From positions 1 to 51,457 of the forward strand of contig JAHBMJ010000286.1 in the NCBI GenBank assembly GCA_018398765.1: DNA of 51,457 bases. The letters run 5' to 3'. Position 1 is the stretch's first letter. Every line of letters begins with the position of its first letter. A program made the translations under genes and the position numbers. The DNA comes from Chromera velia (lineage: Eukaryota). Positions 23,504 through 37,258 of this stretch are shown here, piece after piece. Below the pieces are notes generated by a model. The model was not told where the DNA came from, did no database searches, and worked only from the letters and a program-made list of their open reading frames with translations.

Positions 23504-26500
23504 TCAGCCACCGCCTTTTTTTGCTTTCGTGCAAGTCTTTTTGTGCTTCGGCCAATCCGCTCGCTGGCACTCCTTCGAACAGTAGTGAACTCGACAGCAC
23601 AGCTGCAAATTATCCGGTTTCCCGCACGCACAGCAAACTGCTTCCCCGTTTTTGGCGCGGTCCCTTTTCGCCTTCTCTGCTGCAGTGAACACTGGCCCTC
23701 CGCACTTGCAGTTCTCCCTCTTGTGCTCTCTGCAGATGCGAACTTGGGTGAGTTTTTGACCTCCAGATGTGCGAAATATGGGGAGATGAGTCATTCCCTT
23801 CGCAAAAGGGAAAGTCATATGTTTTGCACCCCGCGGGTCGCTAGATCGGCCTCGGATGGCAGCTTCTACCCTCGCGACGGCAGCCCCCAGATCAAATTTG
23901 AAGTCTCGTCTGAAGGGAACAGAGAAGGCATCACTTCCCTCTCCTCCGCCCTCCCCCTTCTTCCCAAACGGGTCCTTGTAGTTCAAGGCCGAGGCAGCCT
24001 CACACACAGCCTTGAGCGTATCTCTGTCGTCCTTCTCAAACTTCCCTTCCTGCAGCGCTGCATAGAAGGCGGCTGGTCCCTTCTCGCCCAGGCCATTTGA
24101 GTCTTCGGGAGGGCAGCTGATCTCCCCTCCCAACACTCTTACGGCCCCGTCGGATTCCTCGGCAGAGAACACCTGAGGAGAAGGAGAGAAACAACAGAGA
24201 AAGTGAACAGTAAGGCAGGAAGAGAGAAAAAGAAAGAAAGAATGAAAGAAAGAAAGAAAGACAGACAGACAGAAAGAAAGAAACACAGAGAGACAGACAG
24301 ACAGACAAACAGACCGACAGACAGACAGAAAGGAATCAAGTCTGCTTTCAATACGGACCTCTGCAAACCAAAAAATGCAGTCGGCGGCGGGCCCTTTTTT
24401 GCCGGAAGAGAAGCGATGTGAGCGTTGCAGGTGCATGTCGTTTCACAACAGAAATTTACCATTTCGTTCTGATTGTCTCTCAGCCGTCCTTATTTCCCTC
24501 TCTCCGTTTCCTTTCCTCTAGCCTACAAAACAGCCAATTGTCCTTTTTGTGTCACGGGTTCTCTCCATATTTCCAACCTCACTCACCAGACCACCAACTG
24601 ACCCTCTCCAAGGAAATCAGATGCGTCCAATGGTCTCCCAGGTCGTACTCGTAGACCATTCTGTCCCCCTTTTGGACGAAGAAGTCAGAGAGGTAGAACT
24701 CCCTGTCGTCCAGGTGCCAGTACCCCATCCACATCAAATGCATTGAGTCGACAGCCATCGAGTCCACAGGCCCAAACAGAGAACCGTCTGCATGCATGCA
24801 TCAATGACAAGGCGCAAAACCAGCACACACATAAACATGTGCACAAACATACACCCGAGCTTGAGAGAGCATCAGGAAGTGGAGAGCACATGAGAAGTTG
24901 TGCGGCTGGAATACGGAACGGGCACGCTTCCCCTACAGCCACTGTGACACGCAGCCGCCATCTGCCTTGGTTTGGACCCTTTTTTTTCTTCTTCTCATCT
25001 CTTTCTCTCGCGCAACAAACGGCAAGTCGCGTCTAGTGTCGGATGATAAGAAGCAAAGAAGAATCAAGTCAGGAGAAGAAACAAAGGCCACAAAAAACTT
25101 TACTGACTGACCTGTGGCGTCAGTGAATGGGTAGAAGTGATAATTGCGGCACCATCCGATCGCAGGATTCAGCACTCTGTCCTGGAATGCCCTCAGCGAC
25201 ATGGCAGAGGACACGCGGACCTCTCTCCATAGAGGCCGGGTCTCCCTCGTGCGCTCGGGCCCTGGGTGGGTGAGTTCTATGCGCAGCTGGATGTCTACTG
25301 CTCTCCCCCTCCCCTCCCCTCTTGCTTGGCGTCTCTCTTTGAGTCTCTCGGTTTTCAGAGCGCCCAGTCGCTTCACGAACTGCACCTCCGGCGTACCCCT
25401 TTCTTCTCTCGCATGGAAGCCGTAAACGCTCTGAGTCTCCATCTGCCTGTCCATCATAGCCTCCGGAGACATGACGTCGGAGAAGAGGTCAATGCCCCAG
25501 GTTTCCGCAATCCCGTCCTCGCACTTTTTTGGAACGAAGGCCTTTGGGTCACGGAACATGAAGGCTGGGAGCATCCGGGCCGTGGAATCATTCGGGTGTG
25601 TGTTGACATAAGGGGACAAACGTATCTCCTCCTCACTCGCTCTCTCCACAGGGAGACCAGAGGTGAAGAGAGACTCGTCTGCTGAGTTGTGCTTTACGAG
25701 GCCCCCTCCCTCTTTCTTCCCCTTCCCCTTCCCTCCCTCCTCTTTGTTGTCTGAAGCCGCTCGCAGATCAGACTGTGCACTCACGGCTTCTTGTCCTGCA
25801 GGCCTGCAGACACACACAGAAAAAGAAGAAATCTGAGTCCGTAGTCACGTTTTTGTTGAAAAACAGCGACACACAGAGGACGCCTTCATCCAGTCGTGTG
25901 ACCATCCACCCATGCGCCTACCGATCTTTCTATCCATCCAATCATCCATCAAACCACCCCCACCCACCCACCCAGCCGTTCCCCTCTATACCCCCTCGAC
26001 CCACCTTCCCCCAGGCAGACACCCTTCGTCCGTCTGTTCGCTCCGCTCCAAATTCCCTCCACACGCCCCCCTCTGAGCCTCTCCGACCGCCCCCCCCGCA
26101 GGCACGGTCTCATATTCTTCCAAACACCACACGTCACCAAAAACCCTCCCCCCTCCCCCCTGCCCACTCCCACTTCCCCAATAACCCCCGAACAAGAGCA
26201 GCCCCCCTGTGTTGAGAAAAACGCACACAGCAGAGGCCCGAGGGCCAGGGCCGCTTCCAGAAGAGGGCTTCAGCTCCTCCCATCTCCACTCGCCCCCCTC
26301 CCCAGCAGGGGGCCGAAGTCGAAGCGCGCCGTCGAAGTATTCACTCCCCCCCAGCATCGACACCCCAGGGTGCTGCTCCGTGTACCCTCCATACAAAATC
26401 GCCCCCCCGTCAGGAAGGGGGGCTGCGGAGAGTTCTGCCCTTGGCAATGGGACGAAGCTGCTGACTGTGTGGCGCTGCCAGGTTGCACTCGACACGGAGA

Positions 26501-29181
26501 AGGACACAAGAGTGTCCAGCTGCACGAGCGCCCTGTTGTCCTTACGTCTGCCTTGACCCCCGAACAAGAAAATCGTCTCGGCACCTACAGAGCAAATCAC
26601 GGTAGAGACATGTCAAAATACCCTTCAATTACATGGATGAAAAGGAAGAAGACCAGGAAGAAAGCTGTGCCTCCCGACAAAAGCTCCGGGACCCCTGATC
26701 TCTGCTGACAGTCCGCCGAGATAACAGCGCAGCAAGAGAGCAGACAGAAACTCACTCACAATAAACTAAATCAGGGCCTCAAAGAGATTCTGTCGACGCA
26801 CGCGAGGAAGAAAGCCAATTGAAAAGCGGTGAGACCGTCGATCAGAAAGAGACGTGACGAAAGAAAGGGACTAAGAAAAATGAAAAAAAAAAAAACGAAT
26901 GGCCAAGAGGAATCCAGAGGAAGAGAGGTCCGCTTGACTATCAGACAGACGACGCACTGAAGGAAGGAACGCCTGCCTGGCGGTCTGACTGACTGGCTGA
27001 CTTGACTCACCAGTCTCTTTGTCTGTCTGTGTCCATGCAGCACCCAGAGCAAGATCGTTGAGTCGGCGGAATGCGCCAGGCCGCCCCAGAGTTNGAGTCT
27101 CTCGGTTTTCAGAGCGCCCAGTCGCTTCACGAACTGCACCTCCGGCGTACCCCTTTCTTCTCTCGCATGGAAGCCGTAAACGCTCTGAGTCTCCATCTGC
27201 CTGTCCATCATAGCCTCCGGAGACATGACGTCGGAGAAGAGGTCAATGCCCCAGGTTTCCGCAATCCCGTCCTCGCACTTTTTTGGAACGAAGGCCTTTG
27301 GGTCACGGAACATGAAGGCTGGGAGCATCCGGGCCGTGGAATCATTCGGGTGTGTGTTGACATAAGGGGACAAACGTATCTCCTCCTCACTCGCTCTCTC
27401 CACAGGGAGACCAGAGGTGAAGAGAGACTCGTCTGCTGAGTTGTGCTTTACGAGGCCCCCTCCCTCTTTCTTCCCCTTCCCCTTCCCTCCCTCCTCTTTG
27501 TTGTCTGAAGCCGCTCGCAGATCAGACTGTGCACTCACGGCTTCTTGTCCTGCAGGCCTGCAGACACACACAGAAAAAGAAGAAATCTGAGTCCGTAGTC
27601 ACGTTTTTGTTGAAAAACAGCGACACACAGAGGACGCCTTCATCCAGTCGTGTGACCATCCACCCATGCGCCTACCGATCTTTCTATCCATCCAATCATC
27701 CATCAAACCACCCCCACCCACCCACCCAGCCGTTCCCCNNNNNNNNNNNCCCAGCCGTTCCCCTCTATACCCCCTCGACCCACCTTCCCCCAGGCAGACA
27801 CCCTTCGTCCGTCTGTTCGCTCCGCTCCAAATTCCCTCCACACGCCCCCCTCTGAGCCTCTCCGACCGCCCCCCCCGCAGGCACGGTCTCATATTCTTCC
27901 AAACACCACACGTCACCAAAAACCCTCCCCCCTCCCCCCTGCCCACTCCCACTTCCCCAATAACCCCCGAACAAGAGCAGCCCCCCTGTGTTGAGAAAAA
28001 CGCACACAGCAGAGGCCCGAGGGCCAGGGCCGCTTCCAGAAGAGGGCTTCAGCTCCTCCCATCTCCACTCGCCCCCCTCCCCAGCAGGGGGCCGAAGTCG
28101 AAGCGCGCCGTCGAAGTATTCACTCCCCCCCAGCATCGACACCCCAGGGTGCTGCTCCGTGTACCCTCCATACAAAATCGCCCCCCCGTCAGGAAGGGGG
28201 GCTGCGGAGAGTTCTGCCCTTGGCAATGGGACGAAGCTGCTGACTGTGTGGCGCTGCCAGGTTGCACTCGACACGGAGAAGGACACAAGAGTGTCCAGCT
28301 GCACGAGCGCCCTGTTGTCCTTACGTCTGCCTTGACCCCCGAACAAGAAAATCGTCTCGGCACCTACAGAGCAAATCACGGTAGAGACATGTCAAAATAC
28401 CCTTCAATTACATGGATGAAAAGGAAGAAGACCAGGAAGAAAGCTGTGCCTCCCGACAAAAGCTCCGGGACCCCTGATCTCTGCTGACAGTCCGCCGAGA
28501 TAACAGCGCAGCAAGAGAGCAGACAGAAACTCACTCACAATAAACTAAATCAGGGCCTCAAAGAGATTCTGTCGACGCACGCGAGGAAGAAAGCCAATTG
28601 AAAAGCGGTGAGACCGTCGATCAGAAAGAGACGTGACGAAAGAAAGGGACTAAGAAAAATGAAAAAAAAAAAAACGAATGGCCAAGAGGAATCCAGAGGA
28701 AGAGAGGTCCGCTTGACTATCAGACAGACGACGCACTGAAGGAAGGAACGCCTGCCTGGCGGTCTGACTGACTGGCTGACTTGACTCACCAGTCTCTTTG
28801 TCTGTCTGTGTCCATGCAGCACCCAGAGCAAGATCGTTGAGTCGGCGGAATGCGCCAGGCCGCCCCAGAGTTCCAACTCCCGACTTCCACGCAAATTGAA
28901 ATCTGGAGTCGACGGGAGGCCGCTCAGAGCCCGCACTTTCTCCCTTCTCTTTCTTCTTCTTTTTGGAAGCAGAGCCCCCTTTTTTAGAGGCGACTTCTTT
29001 CCGCGTCACCGTCAAGACCTCAAAGCCTTCCTGCATACAGTGTACACGCACGAGACGAAAAAGGACACAACAATTGCAGGACCCCTGCTTCGCGTTCGCA
29101 TTCGAAATCTATCCGTTCCCTCCTCCCGTCTTGCCCTCTCTCTTTCTCTTTCTCTTTCTCTTTCTCTCTGTCTCTGTCTCT

Positions 29182-29254
<73 letters not shown>

Positions 29255-30783
29255 GCGCTTCATAGGCGACGTATTGTTCTCTCTTTCTGCCTGACTCTCT
29301 GTGCTGACTCCACTCCATCACAGAAGTCTGTCAGAAGATGAAGGGAAGCGACACATACGTATGCGAAAAGGGTCGGAAGAAAAGCACATTTTTTTATGAA
29401 GAATAGAGGCAGCAGAATACTTCACACAACACGGGAGGGAAAAGGAGAGACGGACAAGGAACGAAAGAGTCAGAAAACCATGGGAGCGAGCACTCACTCT
29501 TCTTGCGTCCTGGTGCCCAGTGGTGACGCCCCCGAAGACCCACATCTGTGTGCCCCTCCCCGCTGCGACGGCACAGCATTCGTACAGGGGCCCCGGCCTT
29601 TCGCTCGGTTTCAAAAACTGTGTCACTTCTGTCCACCTCCACTCCACCCTGTCCATCTCGAGAACCCACACATCAGCCAGGGCCTTCGGTTTCTGACGAG
29701 CCCATGCCTTGGAACTCATTGGTGTGCTGGCGTCCTGCAGCCCTCCGCAGAGGACGAGAAGGGCCGGGGCTTCCAGATACACGGCACTGTGGGCAGAACG
29801 CAGACAGGGGACTGGCCCTCCCTCTCCTCCCACAATCTTCGGCTGTCGGAAGCAGCCATCTTCCGGGACGAATACGGAGAGCAGCATGGCCTCTTCCGAC
29901 TGCTTTGCTCTGTTGGTGCTCTTCTGCCCCTCCCAGAGTTTGCACTGCGATGGGGCCTCTCTCCCTCCAATGACTACCACAGCCTCAGAAATCAGACGGC
30001 CCGTCTCTGCCGCGGAATCTGATGCCGTCTCCTCTGCCGGCCCTGGAAGGGGAAGCACTACGTTGGCAACTCGGGTGGCTGTGTGGAAGAAACGGGGGGG
30101 GTTCGCCGAATCGTCATTCAGCAGTCGCCACTTGCAAGGGCGAGTCGCTTCTGCTAGCAGGGCATTCACCTTTTCTCGGAGACGATTCATATGCTCGTTT
30201 TCACCTATTGGGGCGCGGTTGAGGGCGGTCTTGCAAAGTTCTGCACGGTGCGCGGGGATGGAGAGCTGTGCCGATCTCCAGAGGAGTTTTTCGCACAGGG
30301 ATTCATATTCTCCGACCTTTCCCCGTTCCTTTGACGCGTTGATCAGGATGTTCAGCCCTAGTTTTGCTGACGCAATGTCCTCTTGGGCCTCATCAAGTGA
30401 GTAAGGGACGTCAGCTGGGAGATTTCCCGTCTCCGTCTCCAAGAGACGGACAGCACAGCACACTGAAGACGGTTGAGCGTCAGCAGAATCATTTGATGGA
30501 GTACCGGAGCGAGTTCTTTTGCCGTCTCCTGGGTACTATCAAGCCCAGGAATGGAAAATGGGAGAATTGAGGGACCAGCGAACGCATCCGAAAGTAGCTG
30601 CAGGTCTAGGGTTTTTGGAACTTTTTCAAGCATAGCTGTATACAGATCGAAAGCCTCTTTGACACTTCCCTTCTGGAAGACCTCGTTGGCCTTTTTCCTC
30701 TGCTGCTCCAGACGAGCAATAATGAGCTGCGTCATCATGGACGTCTCATCGGAGTCCGATGGGGGGCGAGAGTTCTTTGGCAT
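23504..30783 (-). CDS. TPR-like + Kelch repeats + pRiA4b ORF3-like (MM3350-like) domain + zf-MYND protein; 6 exons; one frameshift in the assembly
   Basis: Phase-consistent GT-AG exons: 30783-29498, 29030-28790, 26584-26005 (duplicate copy starts at 28363), 25803-25112, 24787-24603, 24172-23504. Motifs: RKKANEVFQKG...A...YT (TPR-like); PPRFFHTA, LRSAHSA, VFGG, LFGGY (Kelch); LWREVRVSSAMSL...GWCRNYH, YEYDLGDHWTH, CPPED (pRiA4b ORF3); CACGK...YCSKECQRADWPKHKKTC (MYND). Frameshift at 30451-30460. Confidence 0.8.
25341..28872. other. Apparent tandem duplication (25341-27093 = 27095-28872) joined by N; probable assembly artefact
   Basis: The copies look identical by eye and are joined by a single N at 27094. 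The second copy has an 11-N gap (27739-27749) with a 14-bp overlap duplicated on both sides. Confidence 0.85.
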
Positions 30784-32762
30784 GGTGAGATGATACGTTA
30801 AGAAAAGAGGCCGTCTCCGACGTCTACGCAGACGGAGCGAAGGCAGGCCGAGCGTCTACAACAGCTCGAACTCTGAGATCCACGAACGCTGTCAGGAGAG
30901 ATGAAGTTGTGGACATTTGAATTGTGCACTGGAAGAAGAAGACGGCAAGAAGGAACCTCAAGCATCTTCAAGCGATCTTCAATTAAGTTAATTTTCTTGG
31001 AGCCAGCCGCGCATGCATTTTTGGCCCATGCATACATTTTTGGAGCCAGCCGCCCATGCATTTTTAACCCAGCCGCCCATTTTTGAACCCAGCAGCTCCT
31101 AAATTTTGGACTATTTTGGACCCAGCGTCGCCCGCCGGGCCATGCAGCGACATTTTTTGATGATTGAGCAGCGACATTTTTTTGCCGTGAGAGTTCGCTC
31201 AAACTGTGTGTGTGGACGGGTGAATTAAGCCGCGTTGGAAAATCCGCCGCCGGCCGCGTGCATGGTCCCGCAGACACAAATCGGGAACCGCGCCGACCCA
31301 AGTTCGATAGCGCCTAATGGCGCTGAAGCATGAAGGACAGATGCCCACTAGCTGACATCAAACCCACACTCTAATTCAAAAAACTTAAAAGAGGAAGGGG
31401 TCATAAGGCGTCCTCATGTAGAATCTAGTAGAGTCATATATGTACACGTGCGCTAGTATACGCTTACACGCGTATTAATGATACAATTTTTTTTTTTGAG
31501 GGTTAGAGGATGCATAACACGTCCCAGTATACTGGCTGTTAGTTCGTACGGTATTGGGTGTCAACCTAGGCCTGTTTCTTCCTAAAAAACCCTTAATCAT
31601 CTATCCACCCTTAGTTTGTGATTCCGCCTGCCTCTCTACCCGTTTTTTCCTAGTTCCTCTTTTATGTCAAGTTCAATATAGTTCAATCATCTCTGCCGGC
31701 CTCCATCACTGCCGGCATCACAGTCAACGTCACTCCTCAAATCACTTAATTCACTCTCAACAAACGATCCTTTCAATCATCTTACAATATTTTTTCAATT
31801 TGATTCTTTTCTCTCCAACTCTTTACGATCTCTTTACTTCTTTATGCTTGTCCGTCTATTCAATCCGCTTGGTCTCCCTCTTCACTTCACTTCTTCAAGT
31901 TCTTTCACTCTCTGTTGGTGCCCCTTGCCCGGGAACAGAGAACGCTGCCACGTCGCGAGCAAACAATGGCTCCGCTTGGAAAAGGCCCCTTCTCCCTCTC
32001 TGTGACTCGGACCGTGAGTGAAAGGCTAGCAAGTTACTGCCACAAATCTCTGCAACGTGCACAACAGAATTTTGAAGTACTATTGCATCAGTCTGCTGTG
32101 GACTCCTGAAAAGTCTTCACCCCCCATCACTCTACTTCCTGCGTGATTTGATACAAAACGGTATCACAAGTATAAGCGGTGCTAAACTATGCTAAACGAC
32201 CATCCGTATGTACCAAAAATTTTTTGTAATCGTGTCATTTCCTCTAATAAACAAAAAAAAGGGCCCTTAGAGTAATAAAGAAAAGCGCTGATAGAATTAC
32301 AAGTTTTGAAAAACTTTATGAATCTTTACTACTCAAGTTTCAACTGCCGACTATTATACAATAATACACAACTTGAAGTTATGTAACTAGTTATATAACC
32401 TAGACTGCTACCTAGTAGTATATAACACAACAGTCTCACAATTTGAACGTTTCATAATAACTAACAACAATCTAAGTTTTACTATTACGCAGACGTTGTC
32501 TAGATTTTGCATTAGGTATTGTATAAATTAGCTAAGTCTAAAGCTAAGTACTAACAAAAAAAAAATGAACATTATTTTTGATTTTGCAGATCTAGTTGCA
32601 GATCAAAGTTTCAACTTATTTGATGTTTGATCGATAGTTTGATCTTATTTTGTTTCTTTTCTTTTCCTTTCTTTTCCGCTTCCCCTTGTCTTCCTTCTTC
32701 TTTTTTCCTTTCCTGGATTTTTTTAAGTACATATTTATGAAAATATTCATGAGTGTTGACTT

Positions 32763-33099
32763 TCACTCTTCTTTTTCTCCTTTCCGTGCGTCCATCCAGG
32801 AGGCTCGCGGGCCCAGGGGGACCGTCACCCCTCCCTTTTTCGCGCTCTCCGCGCAGCGATCCACGATGGCCTGCAAAGATCACGAACGAAGGAATTATGT
32901 GATGACAGACACCATGACGAACGCAAAACATGCACAAATGCTCCGTTCGACTACACCATCTCTTTTTCTCTTCATCCTCGCATCCCTTCCTTCCTCGAAT
33001 CTCTGTATCCGCATGAACACTTGGATTCAATCTCATATGTGCCTCTCCCAAGCGCCTCCTTCAAGGACTGCACCTCTCGCTCTGTCCCGTCCGTTCTCG

Positions 33100-33141
<42 letters not shown>

Positions 33142-36100
33142 CTTTCTCCCATGCAACCAGTCTCCACTCAATGCCTGTGTGCCTGTGTGTGATTCCTCTG
33201 TGTCTGTTCACTCGTCTTGGAAACACTCATTCAGTCTCAGCAATCCAGGATGAGAAGGTAAGCTCTCCTCGCGCTCGCCTCCTCTCAACAGGTACCCACC
33301 TGTGTCAGGAGCGACACACGTGGCCAGAAGTCGGGGGCGCCCATCGCGACTTGCATCTGGCTCGTTGGGAGGCCCCCAGGTGTCACGCCCCCCACCCCTG
33401 TAGAGGAAGCTCCCAGGGTCGCCGATGCGTGAGGGGAAGAGGAGGGGAGACCACTGGAGAGAGACGGACCGGCGTTTCCCTGAGAGACTGTCGCCACGTG
33501 GCTGTGGCTGTGAACAGGCGAGGGCCCCCACCCGCCGCCCCCGAAGGCCATCTTGTGTGCAATCAGAGAGGCGAATCGCTCAAACATCTTCGCTTCCTGA
33601 AGGAAGGAGGTCGATTAGGAGAGGGCAGGAGGGCGGGAAGAGTTGAGGAAAAGCGGGCGCGGGGGAGAAAAAGCCAACAGGGAGAACGAAAAAGAGCGAC
33701 ACAGAGATTCAGGGGAAGGAAGGGAAGAGACGGGGGAAAAAGGGAGAGCGCAAGTGAATGAAACAGGACAACCGTCTTCCCACCTACCTGCACACAGAAC
33801 CCCGCTTGTACGGTCTCCTCGCTCTCCACCACCCGGCAGTCATAGTCGACCAGAGGTCCGGAGGTCCCGTGGGTCTTCAAAGAGTATACAGCAGCTCCTG
33901 GAGAGGAACTTTTCGAAATCACAAAGTCGGGAATCGTCAGCGTTTTGCCACTGGATCTGCGCAGACGCACGTACGCATACAGACAGAAACAGGCATACGC
34001 AAACGGTAACACACACACAGAGGCAGACTGCATGATACGGACAGAAAAAGTCACGCAGTCAGGCAAGAAAACGCGACCAAGCATTCAAAGATTCTCCATC
34101 TGTTACCTAATTTGACTGGCAAAGGACCGTACGGGGGGGTGTATCTCGAGTCCCTTTGTAGATACAGAGGGAGAAACAACTGATTGGAACAGAGGCCCTG
34201 CATGCCGCCACTTTTTTTTTACTGACTGAAAAATCACAATTGCACGAGAGAAGGCTTTTGTCTGCAAGCGCAACAGTCACAGTCAGAGGACGGACCCGCA
34301 TATTTCCACCCATTGTCTGAAAGGGTGAAGAAACGAACAGTGGAAGGACAGACAGAGAGGGGGCTGAGGCACCCCCCCTCCTCCTGTTTGGGCTGCTGAG
34401 CCAGAGGAAGGAGACGTGACCGCACTGCCAGGCTCTTCCCCCTCCCTCTCCCAGAATACTTCTGCGGAGGCGTCAAGAGGAACCCCGTCAGCCGTCTGGG
34501 CTCCGCATCTGCACCTCACGCTGTGAGGCCACCTGCGCAATCAAGCAAAAACTTCTTGTGCATCTGCAAATGCAACCATGGTGGCAGGGCGATGTGTTCA
34601 GACGGTGTTTGTCACCCGTGACATGATAAAGAAAGAGAGAAGCCACCTCTGCAATTGTCGCTCTTCGCACTGCTTCTGTCTGTCTGTTTTGGCAGTGTCT
34701 GGCTTATCGATGTACGAGAGGGAGGGAGGGAGGGAGGGAGCTTCTCTCTCTCACCAACAACCCCCCCAAAATGAAGGAGAAATGCGTGACCCTCGATCCT
34801 ATTTTAGTCGAACTAGCACGCGGAAGAGGTTTACGAGTGAGAGAGACCCTCCTGCCTGGAGATTTCTCTGTCTACGAGAATGACCCCCCCTCCCCCCCAC
34901 CTGTCAAACCCGAAGGCAAAGCACCCTATCCGGATGCAGTACCATCCCAAATCTCCCAGACACCCGAGAGGGTCGCCACTCTTCGAAGCCCTGCATGCAT
35001 GCATGGAGACCTCGCCGTTCAGAAACAATTAAAGAAAGAAAGTGGAAAAGACAAGAATTAAATTCGGCGAATGAAGGCAGCAAAGAAGGAACGCTCACAA
35101 TCAGAGAAATTAAGGGAATCGAAGCGTGCTTCTTTCAGACTGATGGATGATTTTTCTCTCTCTTTCGCTCCTCCTCTTTCGCGCCCCTTCTTTCCTCCCT
35201 CTCGCTTCTTTTCTTCGTGACATTACCAGTTGAAACTGTAGAGTCAAGCATCTGAAGAAGAGAGCATCCGAAAGAAATGATTGATGAAGCCCTGACCCTC
35301 AAACTCGGGTCAGAGAGATGCACAAATGCATGCACGCAACTTCGCACCTCCCAAAACCAGACACGAACACCCACACGAAGACCCTCTCCCCCCCCTCAGC
35401 CCCTCATGCACACGAAGGAAGAATCACCGCACACCTACCTACCTACCTAATGTTGGAGGCGAAGAATTCCTTCCCACCGCTGAACGAAAATCCTGTCGTC
35501 ACTCTGGTCACATGGCCGAATTGGCTGTACGCTCCCCTCAGAGTTCTGCAGGTATTGCAACGGTCATGCATCTCAAGTGAGTGCATTTTGGTGTGGCAGA
35601 GAGGTAAAGAAAGTGAAGTGCGAAACCTCTCCCAACACACAAAAGAACGTACGAAGTGCAGACGATACACATTTTTTTTTCGCACCAGAGCATCAAGAAA
35701 AAAACGAGATAAGCAACAAAACCAGCCGACGAACAGAATTCATGCGGAGCTGCAGTGATATTTCAACGACCTCCACATCTCTCTTTTCGATCTGTAACTT
35801 TCCACTCTCCCTCTCTTGTCTCCTTCTTTCTGTCAGAGTGCAACCAACCAGCCAACCAACCAACCAAGCTCCCTCCCTACCGACCCAGGCCTGCCACCCC
35901 CCTCCCACCTGTCCACGTCAACCAGTCGATCGTGGTGCATGAACATCACACCGTCCATCAGCACCAGTCCGGCTGTCTGTGCTGCAGAGGCCATCGTCTC
36001 GAGATCGGACAGCTGCAGGCAGACAGGCAGGCCGGGAAGGATGTGCATCCATCCATGCATGCGTGTATGTGTGTGTGTGAACTTGAGCATGATCATCAAA

Positions 36101-36258
36101 TTGTAATGAAGAAAATTCTACATTGACGAGTCGCTGCTTTTTAACGAGAAAAGCAGAGTTCGGGCTGAAGAGAAGAAAACTCAAGATTTAAGCAAACGTG
36201 CTTACATGACCACAGAGGAACACTGCATCTATCTCTGTCCGTTCTGGTGTTGTATAGA

Positions 36259-36305
<47 letters not shown>

Positions 36306-37258
36306 GCCTGAAAGCGTGCCGACCTGGAGTGCACACGGTTTCTCGAGGAGAACGTGTTTCCCCTTCTCGATGCACTTGAGGACCCACCTGCACGCTCAGG
36401 AGGCAGCCAGGGGAATCTGAATCTGAACATCATCTGACGTGACGCCTTGAATCCACACGCGTTGAAAGGCAGGCAGCCTTTGCAGTGTCAACCGTTCACT
36501 CCCCGCCTGCCCATGCACTCACCAACCCACTCACTCACTCACTCACTCACTCACTCGAGATGCAGGGAAGTCGGGAGAGGCACGTAGACCGCGTCCACCG
36601 AGGCGTCCTCAAGCAACTCGTCATAAGACCCGTACCTGCACATGCGCATGCAGATCGAAGCATGTGCAACAGAACAACCCGAGAGACTGAACCCATAAGG
36701 CCCGAAGTTCAGAGAGGTATATATGTGCGTACTATCGTGGAGAGGCCACGAAAGCGAAGTCACATGACAAACAGCTCAAATCAAACGAGGGCGCAGGGAG
36801 AGCGGAAGCTTAGTAGGCTTCAAGGTGAAGGGAGGCGGGGGTGAATCGTGTACGTACTGGGATATGTCTGCCGTCTGTCTCGCACCCCCAATCGAGGGGG
36901 GAAGGTCAAGAGGTACTTTTAATTACGCCAAGATGACAGGACCCACCTGGTCACCCTGTCACTCTCACTTCCGAGCAGAGGAGGCAGCACTTCCTCGCAC
37001 CACGACTGCGACTTCTCGAGGCCTGCGTCCAGAAAGAAGAAAAGAACATGTATGTACATCCACATCCGGGAAAGACGAGACGGAGACGTTCTTTTTTTAG
37101 CACCCAACATCCTTGCTCTCTCCCGACTGACTTCGAGACGCGACTGCTGCCAGAGAACAACCCCCAAGGATTATCGCCCTTGCGTTCTTCTTTGCAATCC
37201 CGGCAGCCCCAAGAATGCCGATGCGACACTTCCCCCCGTGTTGGAAAGGCGAGGTCAT
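32763..37258 (-). CDS. Gfo/Idh/MocA family NAD(P)-dependent oxidoreductase (multi-exon, apparently intact)
   Basis: Exon 1 (37258-37132) reads MTSPFQHGGKCRIGILGAAGIAKKNARA...VASR. Later exons read SLEKSQSW, YGSYDELLEDASVDAVYVPLPTSLHLE, WVLKCIEKGKHVLLEKPCA, VLMDGVMFMHHDR, FFASNIR and DPLGCLGDLGWYCIR. The last exon (32870-32763) ends in TGA. Confidence 0.9.

Noticed and set aside
27666..30404. Plus-strand ORFs (273, 208 and 231 aa) overlapping the Kelch gene
   Set aside because: They are antisense shadows of GC-rich coding exons and carry no motifs.
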